The notes under the pieces: model-generated | Seen by the model: the letters and a program-made list of their open reading frames with translations, nothing else | What the model was told of the DNA's origin: nothing | Databases searched by the model: none | Source of the DNA: Psammoneis japonica | Taxonomy: Eukaryota | Direction: 5' to 3' | Assembly: GCA_008632985.1 (NCBI GenBank) | Contig: QPGO01000317.1 | Span: 1 to 58,484, forward strand | DNA: 58,484 nt | Translations under genes and position numbers: made by a program | Shown: in pieces, positions 26,139-38,059 of the stretch | Position numbering within the stretch: position 1 is the first letter of the stretch | How the letters are laid out: each line of letters opens with the position of its first letter

Positions 26139-26141
<3 letters not shown>

Positions 26142-26234
<93 letters not shown>
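26142..26234 (+). repeat. Compound microsatellite (TC)n(CA)n
   Basis: Directly visible in the sequence. Confidence 0.98.
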
Positions 26235-26237
<3 letters not shown>

Positions 26238-26592
26238 CCGTTGGTGGCATTCGAAGATCGAAAAGGTCAGCATGAACATTGAAAATAGCGTCTGCGTTTC
26301 CCCGCCAACATTTTTCATGTGTGACAACATTTCCCGCCATTTTTTCCTCTTGTCTAGCCGTTTTTTTTACCGTTGAATGATTTAAACAGGTTTGATTGAA
26401 GTTGAATAATAGCCACTAAGGGATAAATATGAAAATTCTATGTATCCCAATATTATTTTATGTAAGTGTTTATGATTCAAAATTTATGAAGGAGAGCATA
26501 AAGTTTTATTTCCAAATGCCCGCCAAGTCGCGGCGCGAAAAAGCGAACGGAACAAAAAAACAGGCGCAATAACAGCCTTTAACGATCTTGAC

Positions 26593-27648
26593 GATGGTAA
26601 TTCCTACCCGTACCAGCGGAAAACTGGTCACTACCCATTTGGCGTCGTTAAAGGGCTACTCCGCAAAAGGAGGTTACGTGCAGGCACTGACGAGGAATCA
26701 TCCTCGACTGGCAGGCTTCAATGGCAATGGACTCGTCCCGAGAAGAAACCAACGATCTGTTCTGTGGACGACCTCAGCCAGCCTCTCGTCGTTACCGTGG
26801 AATTTACTTCAGATAATGCAGAGTCGAAAAACTTGGACTCTCGACGATATTTTCACAGCAAATCATTGAAAGGTGATGTGATTGAAAAATACTGTGTTCA
26901 TAGCTGCCCGGCTTCAGGCTCAAACTCCTCCACCGGTATGAACAAAAAGGTTGAAGTTGAGATCGACCATGGCGATGACGCCGACGACAGCCTCTACACT
27001 CTGGATTTTAATCTGATCGAAGAATCAAAGAGCCTCGAAGACACGGTAGAAGAAAGTGATACAGAGCAAACGGTAGACAACGATGTGCCTAACGCACATC
27101 TCGCTGCAAGGCGATCGAAAGACATTGAGATTGAAAATGAAATGCTCATTTTGGATTCAGTAAGTGGTATGCAAATTGACGAGTTTGCCAAGTGGAAATC
27201 GAAAGCAGCCGCTCTTTCCTCCAGATATGATGAACGCTATCGACGGATGGCGGAGTTCACCCCCATGTTTGAGGAAAAGGCGCCCGAAAATGAAACGACA
27301 GGAAAGAAGAAAGGTCATGAGCAGTCGTCGTTATACACTGATGAAGAGTACGACACGCTCGATGATCACACCCGTAGAACACTGGAGGGTGAAAGGACCT
27401 GGGGCGAAGCCACTTGGGAAACCACGTCAACAAATTCTACTCTTTCCGCCACCAACATTTATTGTATCGATGGTCCAATGTCTAGTGCAGTCAAAGAGGC
27501 AGAGCTTGCTCATGAGATACTTGTCGAGTTTGCGGAGTCAAAAGGAATCCCCGTTGCTCATTTCACCGATTTTTTGGATAATGCCTGCCGCGCGATTCAT
27601 GTTAAAAGAAAGGAGGGTTCGAGCTGGGTCTATTTCTCTTCATCGTGA
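26593..27648 (+). CDS. Hypothetical protein, short paralog of 34591-37902 with one repeat unit; 5' end uncertain or frameshifted
   Basis: Shares DxSQPL, DSLYTLDFN, EFAKWK, FxPMFEE, ATWET and AHxILxEFxE with the 1103-aa ORF. A 1-nt frame offset relative to the paralog lies near 26670. Confidence 0.6.
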   Translation, partial: DGNSYPYQRKTGHYPFGVVKGLLRKRRLRAGTDEESSSTGRLQWQWTRPEKKPTICSVDDLSQPLVVTVEFTSDNAESKNLDSRRYFHSKSLKGDVIEKYCVHSCPASGSNSSTGMNKKVEVEIDHGDDADDSLYTLDFNLIEESKSLEDTVEESDTEQTVDNDVPNAHLAARRSKDIEIENEMLILDSVSGMQIDEFAKWKSKAAALSSRYDERYRRMAEFTPMFEEKAPENETTGKKKGHEQSSLYTDEEYDTLDDHTRRTLEGERTWGEATWETTSTNSTLSATNIYCIDGPMSSAVKEAELAHEILVEFAESKGIPVAHFTDFLDNACRAIHVKRKEGSSWVYFSSS

Positions 27649-27804
27649 GCCAGTCAGAGCTCCTTGCCTGCTGTCACCGGGTGGTAGAAACTGCTCTGCG
27701 GTTAAGTAGAGAAACCGCAAAACTACATTCTAGAAGATTTTCATTCGTTACACACAGTGCGGCATTCCTGACTTTGTCTCTATTATACGAAGTACACACT
27801 CAAA

Positions 27805-28070
27805 ATGCAAGAAGATGCAGACCTTACTCACGAGGTGCGTTATCAAGTTTGCAAGAAGATGCAGACCTTGCTCACGAGGTGCTTTGTCAAGTTTGCAGAA
27901 TCAAAAACGGAATTCCTTGCTCATCTCGCAGATGTTCTTACACTGACAACGCATCCCGCATGCTTCGTTGTAATCGAGTTGAAGGAGGCTTCGAGCTGGG
28001 TCTGTGTGAGCCAGTGTCAGCCCCTTGCTTGCTCTTGCTGTGTTGCAGGAACCTCGAAACTTCATTCTGA
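27805..28070 (+). pseudogene. Degenerate duplicate of the 3' end of the 26593-27648 gene, with an internal duplication of about 44 bp
   Basis: gcagaccttgctcacgaggtgc..gtttgcagaatcaaaa..ttcgagctgggtct..gtgagccagt matches 27498-27670. Confidence 0.7.
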
Positions 28071-28079
28071 TAGATTTCT

Positions 28080-29630
28080 CATGTCACACACAACTTAGCA
28101 TCCCTTGCTTCCCCTGGAAGTGCAAAACCTGGGCTGCTGTGCAGACAGTGATTGTTGCAAGGCATGTGCCCCCAGCAAAGAGCACCAAGCCAGCCCGTTG
28201 CGGCACCTCAAAAGGAAGAAGAGCATGTGAATGACTGGAGGTGCACACAGAGCCCACATTGAAATGCTGTGGCCAAATGCAAGAAAGTGGGTTTCTTGTG
28301 GAAGTTGGGTCAAGATCCCCCTCTCTGACCTCTGACCCTTGGAAGAGAGAGTTTTGAGCAAACTTGTTCAAGAACACCTCTGAAGAGGAATGAAAAAATC
28401 ATGATCCATGGAAGAATCCATTGCAACTCAGAACTTGATCACAACAAGTGCCTGACAATTGAAAACATTTGTCAATCTTTCTCAACAGTGTTGGTGGGTC
28501 TCATCCACCACACCATTTTGGCTTTTCCAGAGAGTGCTGAAAACAAAGGGACCCCCCGTGCTCTCCTCACCACCGCCACCTGAGCGCCTTTGTCCATGTC
28601 TCTCCCCATGCATGTTGAATTTTTTTTGTGAACAACACTTTGTTTTGCAGTTGTTGAGAAATCTAGTTTGAGTGTGCATGGCAAAGGTGTCCAAACAGAA
28701 GTGTCCCAAAAAGGGGTGGCAAGGTTCTCACTGGCGCAATGTTTTCCTCTGATGTGCAAATCTGCCACCTTGTCAACTCTCATTTTTGGACAATTCACAT
28801 GCTCTGTGAGGTGTGCAGTGGAGTGAAGGAAACAACTGTGCAACAGAAAATGCACAAACACTGAGCAAACCCGCTCTCCTCTCAAAGCAGCTGGAGCGCC
28901 TCATGTGCACCGCACAAAGGAGAGCTGCTCAAGGGCACCTTTCCACACAGCATCTCAGAACAAGCCAATGCCAGGTCTGTTGGCCTTTGTGGACATTTCT
29001 GGCACAGCAAAAAGAACATGTTTGAGCCTCTGATGGGTGCAGCAAAATTTGTGAGAGCTGCTGTGCTCACCCAGAGAAGTGTGCTGTGCCAGCCAAGAAA
29101 TTCAGAAACTTCAACTGCAACAAGCATCAAACTGCAGGGCTGGAACAGTGCTCTTTTGGGCAGAAAGAGATGACCACTTTTTCAAAGTTTTGGAAAGAAG
29201 CGTGCTCAGCAGAGCAGTGGGGAAGCAGAGAACAGGGTGGTGCTGGCAAACAAAAACTGCAGCTGGGGCTTTTTGCCTGGGCTCTGATCTGCCAGAAAGG
29301 CAAGAAGAGTCTTGAATTTGTGGCGCACAATGCAGTCAGATTGCTTTGCAGCTTCTGTCCCACCACACACATCATGTGGGAAAGATGCTCACATTTTGCA
29401 AGCAGCTGTTTTTGCGTGCGTGCTCGGCACTGAACCCTCTCTGGTTGGTGTGGCAGAGAGTGGTCGGGGCACTGCAGCTTCATTCTGGCACCATAGAGAG
29501 TGTGCACCGCACCATGTGACAGACCAGGTCTGCAACCACACACCTGCACAGCCGGTGCACCACAGCACTCGCCCATGCTGTGCGGTCGCATGGCACCTTC
29601 TGCCTGTGCGTTCGATGCCGGCACCATGAA
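28080..29630. mobile_element. TpA-depleted TE remnant of unidentified family
   Basis: Near-absence of TA, an abrupt compositional switch at both ends, and only broken Cys/His-rich ORFs. Confidence 0.55.
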
Positions 29631-29729
29631 TTCCCCGCCCCCCCATAGATCTATTTCGCGCGTCAAAATGAATGCGTGACATTTTCATCGAGACAATTCT
29701 AACAGGTCTGAAGCTTGAACAATTGTTAT

Positions 29730-32700
29730 CCCCCGTGAAGATTTTCGTCTGTTTTTTGTCCGTTCGTGCCCACAGGGGCACGAAAGGAGGCTACGTAGGA
29801 CTGTACCAGCAAATCCTGTAGATGCACGTTTCCATGCCAACAAGATTCATGAACCTCTCAAACGAAAAGAGACAATGGCGTCGTTCTGGATCAACGCCGT
29901 AGTTGCTGCGTCTGAAACCGCAGCGCGCCGCTTTTCTGCTCGTAGACTTGTACGCTGTCCTGGTACAAAGGTCATTGCATGCATGGAGTCTACGATGAGG
30001 TCATGCTGAAGGAAGAATTCTCGAATTTGAATTCTCAGCAATCAACCGAGTTTGTGTACTTTCTATTTTTTTATGCTGCCAACCAAGTCTTACAATCACA
30101 CATCCCTGATTCTACCTGCATAAGACGACACTGAGATTTCAGTCCACACATAAGTTCACTTGCACCAATGGATGAATCGGCGTTGCACTCGGTGACGACG
30201 TCCGAATCAGATTGGGTGGAGCATTTCAATCCAACAGAGGACTTGAATTTTTGCGACGAGGATCTCCACTTGATTGAGGACAGCTTGATGGATAAGCATG
30301 ACAGAACCGAGCAGTCAAAGGACCGTCCAAAATGGAAAGTGGACAATGATGGGAAAGATGTTAAGATCACCTTTAGCCAAGCTCCCCAAAAGGTGTGGGA
30401 GACGGCCAAAGCCGAGATTCAGGGATGTCGCGAGAGGGTGCAAAAACTTGCAGGAAAAGAATTCAAATCGATTGATCCCATTGAGGACATTGTGTTGCTG
30501 TTTGTGGGTGGTGCACGTCCTCTCATGCAACTTCTGGAGTCAGAGTTGTCGCTCAAGTTTCAAGAAGCTTCTCAATTTCTTGCCACCCCACTGCAAGCAA
30601 AAGGCATGTCGGTTGTCAGTTGAAGAGTTGTATGATGATGACGACATAAATTGTGCTGGGCTAATGACCAAAGAGAAGTACAAAATGGTGTGGAAGTTAA
30701 TGGGCCGTTCAGGCGATGCGTCATCGTCAACGGCTCGTAAGAAAAAGCCATTCTGGGAAAAATTCCAAGATGGGTTCAACGAGACGTGTCAAGAAATAAA
30801 TGTGAGCCAGTCAGCATCCTTGATTGTTTCATTGGACGACGATAAAAAGAAAGCTGCAGTCAACAATGGAGATGACATGCTGGGTCTGAAGCAGGTTGTG
30901 CATGCAGACAAGCGAAAGGGCATCGTCGGTCACACAGCCGTGTCCCCTGCAACTCTTTTGACGTGCGGTGTTTGCTGGGAACGAGTGGGCGACACAACTT
31001 GTGATTGTCATGTAAATCTTGTTGAGACAACATTTGGACGGAGGCCAACGCTCGACCGAGTCACGTTTTGCTCTGATCGCGGTTGTTGGACGATGAAGCT
31101 TCTTACATGCTTGCTCGAGAACGGAGCCGACATTCATGGGACGGTGAGGCGTCAGCATTGGCACCACTTTGCTTATGACCAGACATTGAAGATCAGCGAC
31201 CCCAGGGTTTTGATTGACACGACAGGGCCGGCAACACTTTGCACGGGGGTTGCATCAGTTTCGGAACGGAAAGTGGATATAAATGCTTTTCGAAACGGCA
31301 CGAATGGCGTGGTGTTGTCTATGTCAACTATGCATCATGGTGCCCATTGGGATCTTGTCCTCAAGGGGGGGAAAGAGCAAGTGTCAAAGCGTGTTCCACT
31401 TGTTTTAAGTCCCGAATGTCGTCATGCTCACACGTTCCGACGGTTTCTTGAAGATCAGCCAATTGATGAAGAGACGATCAAGGAATTGTCGAGGTTGAAT
31501 GTTGATCATGTTACAGAGCATCAAGGTTATTCAGAATGGTTCCAAGGACGCAAGTGTGCATTGACCTCCTCTGGTTCTGATGCTCAAGTTTCAGTTCACC
31601 TTAGATTGGACAAAGCGCGAGAGCAGAGGCAGTCGCATTGGGTGTGCCTTGAGAAGCATCTCGACACGGCATCTGGTGTCGAAGATTTGGTGTCTCAAAA
31701 TGATGACGATGATACGGCACCGGCTCAGAATGGCAACAATGATGCCACTGCACAATCCAATCCAATGACTGTTGGTGAAGGGAATGCTGCTGGCTCAGAG
31801 GACACCGATGATGATGACATTGTAGATTGGGCTGAGTTGGAAAAACACTTAGATTCAGACATGGAAGAGGAGGAGCGGATTTCTGTTATCGAGAGTCGCC
31901 GTTGGGAAGCAAAGGAGGCGATGAAGAAAGCAAAGGAAATTCTTAGTGATGCAGTTGACTCCACCGAACGAAATGAGGTGTTGCGAGCCAAACTAACATC
32001 GGAGTTGAAAGCTGGCGAGCACAAGGATCTCCTGAAGGCGTTCGTCAAACAAATGGGGTGGAAGGTTTGTAAGACGCACAAGGCAAACCTGAAAAACGCA
32101 GTTACGTGGCTAGAGTGTACCCCCGCCTCTCGACCCTACATCGTGCTGAACAAGGAGCAACTGAAGGTAAGCATGTGTAATTGCTGCTACTGACATTGTT
32201 TTACTATAGATCTAACCGAGTCGCTCCGAACCATTATTTGCTGACAAAGGCAAAATACCGAGAATGTATTAACAGCACGATACCGTCGAGTGTGACAAAA
32301 AACGATGACTTCATAGCGATTCTGAGCGGTGAAGTCTCCGCACCAGTTGCAAGAGATGGCGACAGTGAGCCAAAAATGCCACTGGAAGCAATGGTGAAAA
32401 CCACTTTTCTTCCACCACTCAAAGGTGAGGCGGCGGAGCTCTGTAGATTGGGACATGAGATGGAAGAACAGTACGGAAAAGATTTTCTTGGTGTTGCAAG
32501 CGGCGAAGGAGTGCGACTCGAAAACGGATCCGTATTTGTTGCAAACAATCTCTTCAGAGCCGGCCTGATACAGAAGCAAAATCGCCCTTATCAAAAGGAC
32601 AGTCCAGACTTCCTCTGCACTGGAACAATAGACGATAAGCGAATCGTAGCGGTTGTCGAGATGAAGGCGCGTTGCAAATCTACTACCGCCGCCAAGGAGC

Positions 32701-34234
32701 GTCAGCGCATCTCCGAAGTTGGTGAATTTTCGTTTGTATCATGTGATTCGCCTGAGTTACGCAAGTTCATACTTAAACGTTCAGAGGCAGTTCAGGTGAG
32801 CTGATGCACGGAATAACTATTTGATACTGTCGTTGTAACGGTAACTCACCTCAGTCTCCACGACTTCCTCGCTACAGTGCGCTCATCATGCAAGCACCCT
32901 TGGAGTCAACCACGTCATTCTTGCCACTGGAGACAGAGTAGGCCTTACAGCAATGGTGGTTATTGAGTACTCCGACGAGTTCCTTGAAAACTACGAAAAG
33001 TGCATCAACGACATGTACGAGTCGGCATTGAAGTGGGCATACGAGGAGGGCGTCGACATTCCAACGGAAGAGCTCAAGGCTGCTGTGAAAACTGCACGAG
33101 TAAAGGTGGACTATGAGTCATTTATGAAATCGGTTTACTTTTGGAAAGAACTGACGAAGCCTCAGTACTTACCACTCCCACCGTGCGAGAGGATCATTCC
33201 CATGCAGGATGCGTACTGGAACAACACCAAGCATGGGTCGGACGTCAAAACCCAGTACTGCCAAAACCTATCAGCCCCAATTCCTGTCACATCTGCCGGA
33301 GCTAAGGCATACGACCGCATGCAAATGACAGCACTATCCGACATCCACAAAGGCGCTACCATGTTTATTACCAAGGAAGATCTCAACCAGTACAATTCCC
33401 TTCACGACTTCAGAGACGATGCAAAGCACAAGATGAGCTTCAGAAAAGCACTCCTTCGATTGTCTAAGTTTTTCAAGAAGCTGAGCCAGCAAAATCTCCA
33501 AAGTGGAATTGGTTCTCCTTCGTCTTTTACAGGGATCGTTACACCATCACCAGCAACTCCAGTACAGCCGCCGAGGTGGATGCGCGGTGAAATTCAAAAG
33601 GAACCAACCAATTTTGTAGCAAAAGGAACTGGAAAGTCTCCCAAGCGCTCTCACCTAGAAGCTCTACTGAAACCAAAGGACAGTTCTGAAGAGGTCCCTT
33701 CCAAGCGATTCAAGAGTTGTCGGGGTGTACCTGTGTTCAGAGCAAATGAAAACAATGGAAGTAAGAAAGGGAGTGGAGCTTTGGCGCGATGTATCATGTG
33801 CGACTCCAAGACACATTGGTATTGCTCTGGCTGTCGTCAATGGTATTGTTGCGATAGTCCCCGTCCGCAAAGCGCTGGAGTCCCATACTTTCAAGATTCG
33901 TCAACGTACCGTGATGGGAAAAACAGGGATCGACCAATCGCCGGCGTGTACACATGCTTTATGCACTGTCACCCATCCATTGTGAACCAGGGATAGTAAT
34001 ATGTATTTGTATTTAGTGAATATATCATCTTTTTGACCACCGGCGTAATTGTAGTACTTTGGAATATCATTTGTTGACAAGACGAGCGTCGCTTGTGTTG
34101 ATGCTTTATCAATGAGAGCCGGTGTTTGTTTTGCACGTACAACTCGGTATGAAACCTACAGGGGCGTCGTTCGTGCCCACAGGAGCACGAACTTTTGCGT
34201 TCGTGCCCACACGCGCACGAAACTATCACGCGGG
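29730..34234 (+). mobile_element. piggyBac-like DNA transposon, 4505 bp
   Basis: TTAT TSD at 29726-29729 and 34235-34238. Imperfect TIRs begin CCC (cccccgtga / tcacgcggg). Subterminal palindromic boxes ttcgtgcccac..gcacgaa at about 29763, 34170 and 34200. Confidence 0.85.
30168..33996 (+). pseudogene. piggyBac-like DDD transposase with an inserted YqaJ/lambda-exonuclease domain and C-terminal Cys-rich domain; frameshift at about 30585; predicted introns 32167-32249 and 32796-32877
   Basis: piggyBac motifs: IVSLDDDK (D1), FCSDRGCW (D2), IHGTVR, YWNNTKHGSD (D3, compare YNxxKGGVD) and RCIMC..KTHWYCSGC. YqaJ motifs: QGYSEWFQGRKCALTSS, LGHEMEE, DSPD, VEMK and VQCAHH. Both predicted introns are GT-AG and preserve frame. 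Confidence 0.8.
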
Positions 34235-34590
34235 TTATTACGTTGTTTTCCTGAGGATAGAAGATGATGACGAGTCACCGACGCGACAATGTCTGTACGT
34301 ATGTACAATGTTATTCCAGAAAAATGTGAATATTTGAATATGACACGTACAGGCATTACAGTATATGTATGTTTGTGAGAATGTATGTATTCATTTGGTA
34401 CTTTTCTCAGAAATGGTTTCTTCAAAGACTAAGACGAATCAAAAATATCAAATATTCAATGATACATTTTGTTGAAATTCATGTACATGACTAAATTTTT
34501 TGAAATCGGCGTCCATTACACATTTTTTCAATCGCCATCAAAGCGGCAGGTCCGGTCAACTTCCGCCAAACTACTCGCAGATGTTGGACG

Positions 34591-37500
34591 ATGGTAGTAA
34601 TTCTAACCAAAAGGGGCGGAAAGCTGGACACCAGCCAAGTGATGCCGTCGACATGCGCATCCAAAGGAATGTTAGACGATGGAACAGACGACAAAGTCGT
34701 TCGAGACGCTGCTAGACAACTTCAAAAGCGATCTACTAGTGCCCTCCGGCCACACTTAAAAGCAATCGGTTCTGTCAACGATGTCAGTCAGCCTCTCTCC
34801 CTTTTTGTGGAAATGTTTACTTCAGGCAACGAAGAGTTCAGAAACGTGGACTCTCCACGTCCTTTTCACAGCAACTCATTTAACGAGGATGGGATTGAAA
34901 TAGACTATTTCCAACGCTGCCCGTCTAGCGCGGACCACGCGGAATACAAACTGCTTGAAAGCGACAACGGGGACGACGAAGGCGACGGCCTCGATACTCT
35001 CGACTTTAACCAGATTGTTGCATCCCCGATTTCCAAATACAAAACCGAGAAAGTTGAAACTGCACAACCCCTTGACATTGCACTCGATCGTTTCCTCGGC
35101 AACGAAAAGAGCTCTCGCCTGAACACCTCACCAACAAACACTGGCCCAAAACCATATCTTTTGAAGAGCTTTGCCGAGGAGCAACCAATACACATAGAAA
35201 TTGACGAGGACGGTCATGAAAGCCTGTATGCTCTAGACTTTCGCTCAATAGAACGACCCAAGGACCTCGAGGACAAAACCGAGAAAGTTGAAACTGTACA
35301 ACCCGTTGAGAGTGCACTCGATCGATTCCTCTGCGAAAAGAGCTCTCGCTTACACAAACCACACACAAACAATGGCCCAAAACCATATCTTTTGAAGAGC
35401 TTTGCCGAGGAGCAACCAATTGACATAGAGATTGATGACGACGGTCATGAAAGCCTGTATACTCTAGACGTTAGCTCAAGAAAACGGCCCCAGGACCTCG
35501 AATACAAAGCCGAGAAAGTTGAAACTTCACAATCCTTTGACAGAACACTCGATCGTTTCCTCTGCGAAAAGAGGTCTCGCTTACACAACCCACAAACAAA
35601 CAATGGCCCAAAACCGTATCTTGTAAAGAGCTTCGCCGAGGAGCAACCAATCGACATAGAGGTTGACGAGGACGGTCATGAAAGCCTGTATACTCTAGAC
35701 GTTAGCTCAAGAAAACGGCCCCAGGACCTCGAATACAAAACCGAGAAAGTTGAAACTTTACAATCCCTTGACAGAACACTCGATCGTTTCCTCTGCGAAA
35801 AGAGGTCTCGCTTACACAACCCACAAACAAACAATGGCCCAAAACCGTATCTTGTAAAGAGCTTCGCCGAGGAGCAACCAATTGACATAGAGGTTGACGA
35901 GGACGGTCATGAAAGCCTGTATACTCTAGACGTTAGCTCAATTAAACGATCCAAGCACCTCGAGATCAAGAATGAGAAGGTTAATCACGGGCACAGGAAA
36001 GTGTGTCCTTCAGCTGGCAGCCAGCGAACCAAACTCGCTTTGAAGAAATCAGGATACCGAGGGACAGACGACGACATCCTCTATACTCTTGGCTTTAACC
36101 AGATAAAAAGATCTGAGAGTCATCTCGAAGATCAGGCTGAAAAAGCCTATTCTGGCGAGACAAAGCCCTGTGACGGAGTGGTTGATCGCCTCTGCCCCGG
36201 GACGGACTCACCTTCAGACAGCTCTGTAACCAAATTTGAAAGACCGTTTTATGTAAAGCACCTCGCTTCGACGAAACCAAGATACCTACAGGCCGACGAA
36301 GACAGCCTCTATACTCTTGACTTTAACCAGATGAAAGGATCGGGGAATCTCAAAGACAAGATTCAAACAGCTGATACTAGTGCGGCCGAACCCTTTGACA
36401 ATGTGGTTGATCGCCTCTGCCACGTGAAGGAAAGTCCTTCAGAAGACAGTCCTCCAACCAACGATGAAAAACCATATCGTGTGGCGCACTACGCCTCGAA
36501 GAAATCAAGATACCGAGAGATGAATGACAGCTCACTAGCCAAAACAGAAGAACCAAATCTTGCGAAACACTGCGCTACGAAGGATTCACAATACAGAGAG
36601 ATTGATGACGACACTCTCTATACTCTTAATTTCAACAAGATGAACGGGTCCGAGAATCTTCTTGGAGACAAGGTCAAAGAAGCTGAAACTCGTGCGGCAC
36701 AACAACCCTTTGACAGCGTTGTTGATCGCCTCTGCCGTGGGAAGGACTTGCCTTCCGAAAGTTCATCAACCAACATTGAAAAGCCATATCACGTAAAACA
36801 CTGGGCTACGAAGAAATCAAGATACAGAGATGTTGACGACGACAGCCTCTATACTCTCAACTTTAACCTGATCAAAAGATCTGAGGTCCTCGATGACAAT
36901 GTTGAGAAAGTTGACGAGGCAGAACCCTTTGACAAGGTAGTCGATAATCTTTGCGACGGGAAGGGCTGTCTGTCAGAAACCCCACGAACCAAAAATGGAC
37001 CAATACCAGAACTCGTTGAGAAAACTTGTAGTGCAGACCCCATCGACGCCATACTCGACAGACTCTTCAACGGGAAGGACCTTTCTTTAGAATTCCAAAT
37101 ACTCTTCGGTGACCAAAAACCTTATCTTGTGAAGGAGTTCGCCGCGAAGAAAGCTAAAGACAGAGAGATTCAAAATGAAAGCCATGTTTTGAATTCTAGC
37201 GGTGGCATGAATATTAAGGAGTTCGCCAAGTGGAAAAGGGAGTTTGCCAAGTTCAAAAAGGAGAAAGCGAAAGCTGCTACTCTTGCTGCAAGAGCGAGAG
37301 AACGGCGTCGACGGCTGGAGGCCTTTAATCCCATGTTTGAAGAAATGTTTGATAACAAGAGGACGAGTAACAGGGTTAGTGGCGAGCAGCCGTGGGCATT
37401 CACCGACGAAGACTGGGACTCCTTTGAAGATTTTACGACAAGGGAAGGTCGTGCATCCGGAGATGACGCCACATGGGAAACCGCGTCAACATATTCTACC

Positions 37501-37902
37501 GGTACTTTTCCCGACATCAGCAAGCACTGTGTCGTTGACGAGTCGATATCCAAAGCAATGAAAGAGGTAGAGGATGCCCACGCGATACTTGCTGAGTTTG
37601 TGGAACTTCACGGCATCCCCTTTGCTCGACTCACAGAAATGTTGGAGAGCACCTGGCGTCCGAAACAAGAACATGCCTCGAATTCTCATTTCGACAGTAA
37701 AGCAAAAAAATCAGCCAAAGGTGTTCGTGGTGTATTCAGGAGGTCGAATCCCCGTCACTACCGTGAGGAAAAAGCCAAAGATTCTGGTGGCGATGATTGC
37801 AGTGTCGATTTATTCGGGGGCTCGAATCCACGTGAGAAAAAAGCCAAAGAAGCTGATCGTGATGATTGCAGTGTCGATTTGTTCAGGACCATGCTACTCT
37901 AG
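34591..37902 (+). CDS. Hypothetical 1103-aa protein with repeats of about 77 aa
   Basis: Long intact ORF with normal Tyr content. The motif (D/E)SLYTLD/NF recurs about 9 times. Confidence 0.8.
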   Translation: MVVILTKRGGKLDTSQVMPSTCASKGMLDDGTDDKVVRDAARQLQKRSTSALRPHLKAIGSVNDVSQPLSLFVEMFTSGNEEFRNVDSPRPFHSNSFNEDGIEIDYFQRCPSSADHAEYKLLESDNGDDEGDGLDTLDFNQIVASPISKYKTEKVETAQPLDIALDRFLGNEKSSRLNTSPTNTGPKPYLLKSFAEEQPIHIEIDEDGHESLYALDFRSIERPKDLEDKTEKVETVQPVESALDRFLCEKSSRLHKPHTNNGPKPYLLKSFAEEQPIDIEIDDDGHESLYTLDVSSRKRPQDLEYKAEKVETSQSFDRTLDRFLCEKRSRLHNPQTNNGPKPYLVKSFAEEQPIDIEVDEDGHESLYTLDVSSRKRPQDLEYKTEKVETLQSLDRTLDRFLCEKRSRLHNPQTNNGPKPYLVKSFAEEQPIDIEVDEDGHESLYTLDVSSIKRSKHLEIKNEKVNHGHRKVCPSAGSQRTKLALKKSGYRGTDDDILYTLGFNQIKRSESHLEDQAEKAYSGETKPCDGVVDRLCPGTDSPSDSSVTKFERPFYVKHLASTKPRYLQADEDSLYTLDFNQMKGSGNLKDKIQTADTSAAEPFDNVVDRLCHVKESPSEDSPPTNDEKPYRVAHYASKKSRYREMNDSSLAKTEEPNLAKHCATKDSQYREIDDDTLYTLNFNKMNGSENLLGDKVKEAETRAAQQPFDSVVDRLCRGKDLPSESSSTNIEKPYHVKHWATKKSRYRDVDDDSLYTLNFNLIKRSEVLDDNVEKVDEAEPFDKVVDNLCDGKGCLSETPRTKNGPIPELVEKTCSADPIDAILDRLFNGKDLSLEFQILFGDQKPYLVKEFAAKKAKDREIQNESHVLNSSGGMNIKEFAKWKREFAKFKKEKAKAATLAARARERRRRLEAFNPMFEEMFDNKRTSNRVSGEQPWAFTDEDWDSFEDFTTREGRASGDDATWETASTYSTGTFPDISKHCVVDESISKAMKEVEDAHAILAEFVELHGIPFARLTEMLESTWRPKQEHASNSHFDSKAKKSAKGVRGVFRRSNPRHYREEKAKDSGGDDCSVDLFGGSNPREKKAKEADRDDCSVDLFRTMLL
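35041..35968 (+). repeat. Coding tandem repeat, 4 x 231-234 bp
   Basis: aaa(a/g)ccgagaaagttgaaact units start at 35041, 35275, 35506 and 35737. Confidence 0.95.
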
Positions 37903-38059
37903 CTCTTAGCATCTGGTCTTGTGCTGCATTTGCTACATTCTTGTGCTACATTTTGCTATGTTCTTTGCAACTAATGCACAACAATTTTCGAATCCCATTG
38001 CCACACTTCGCAAAACGGCGCTTCTTGTTCCTCGCATTCTTGCGACTCCAAACTTCTTA

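Noticed and set aside
26055..26376. ORFs with CVCVCV/THTHTH runs
   Set aside because: Microsatellite translation.
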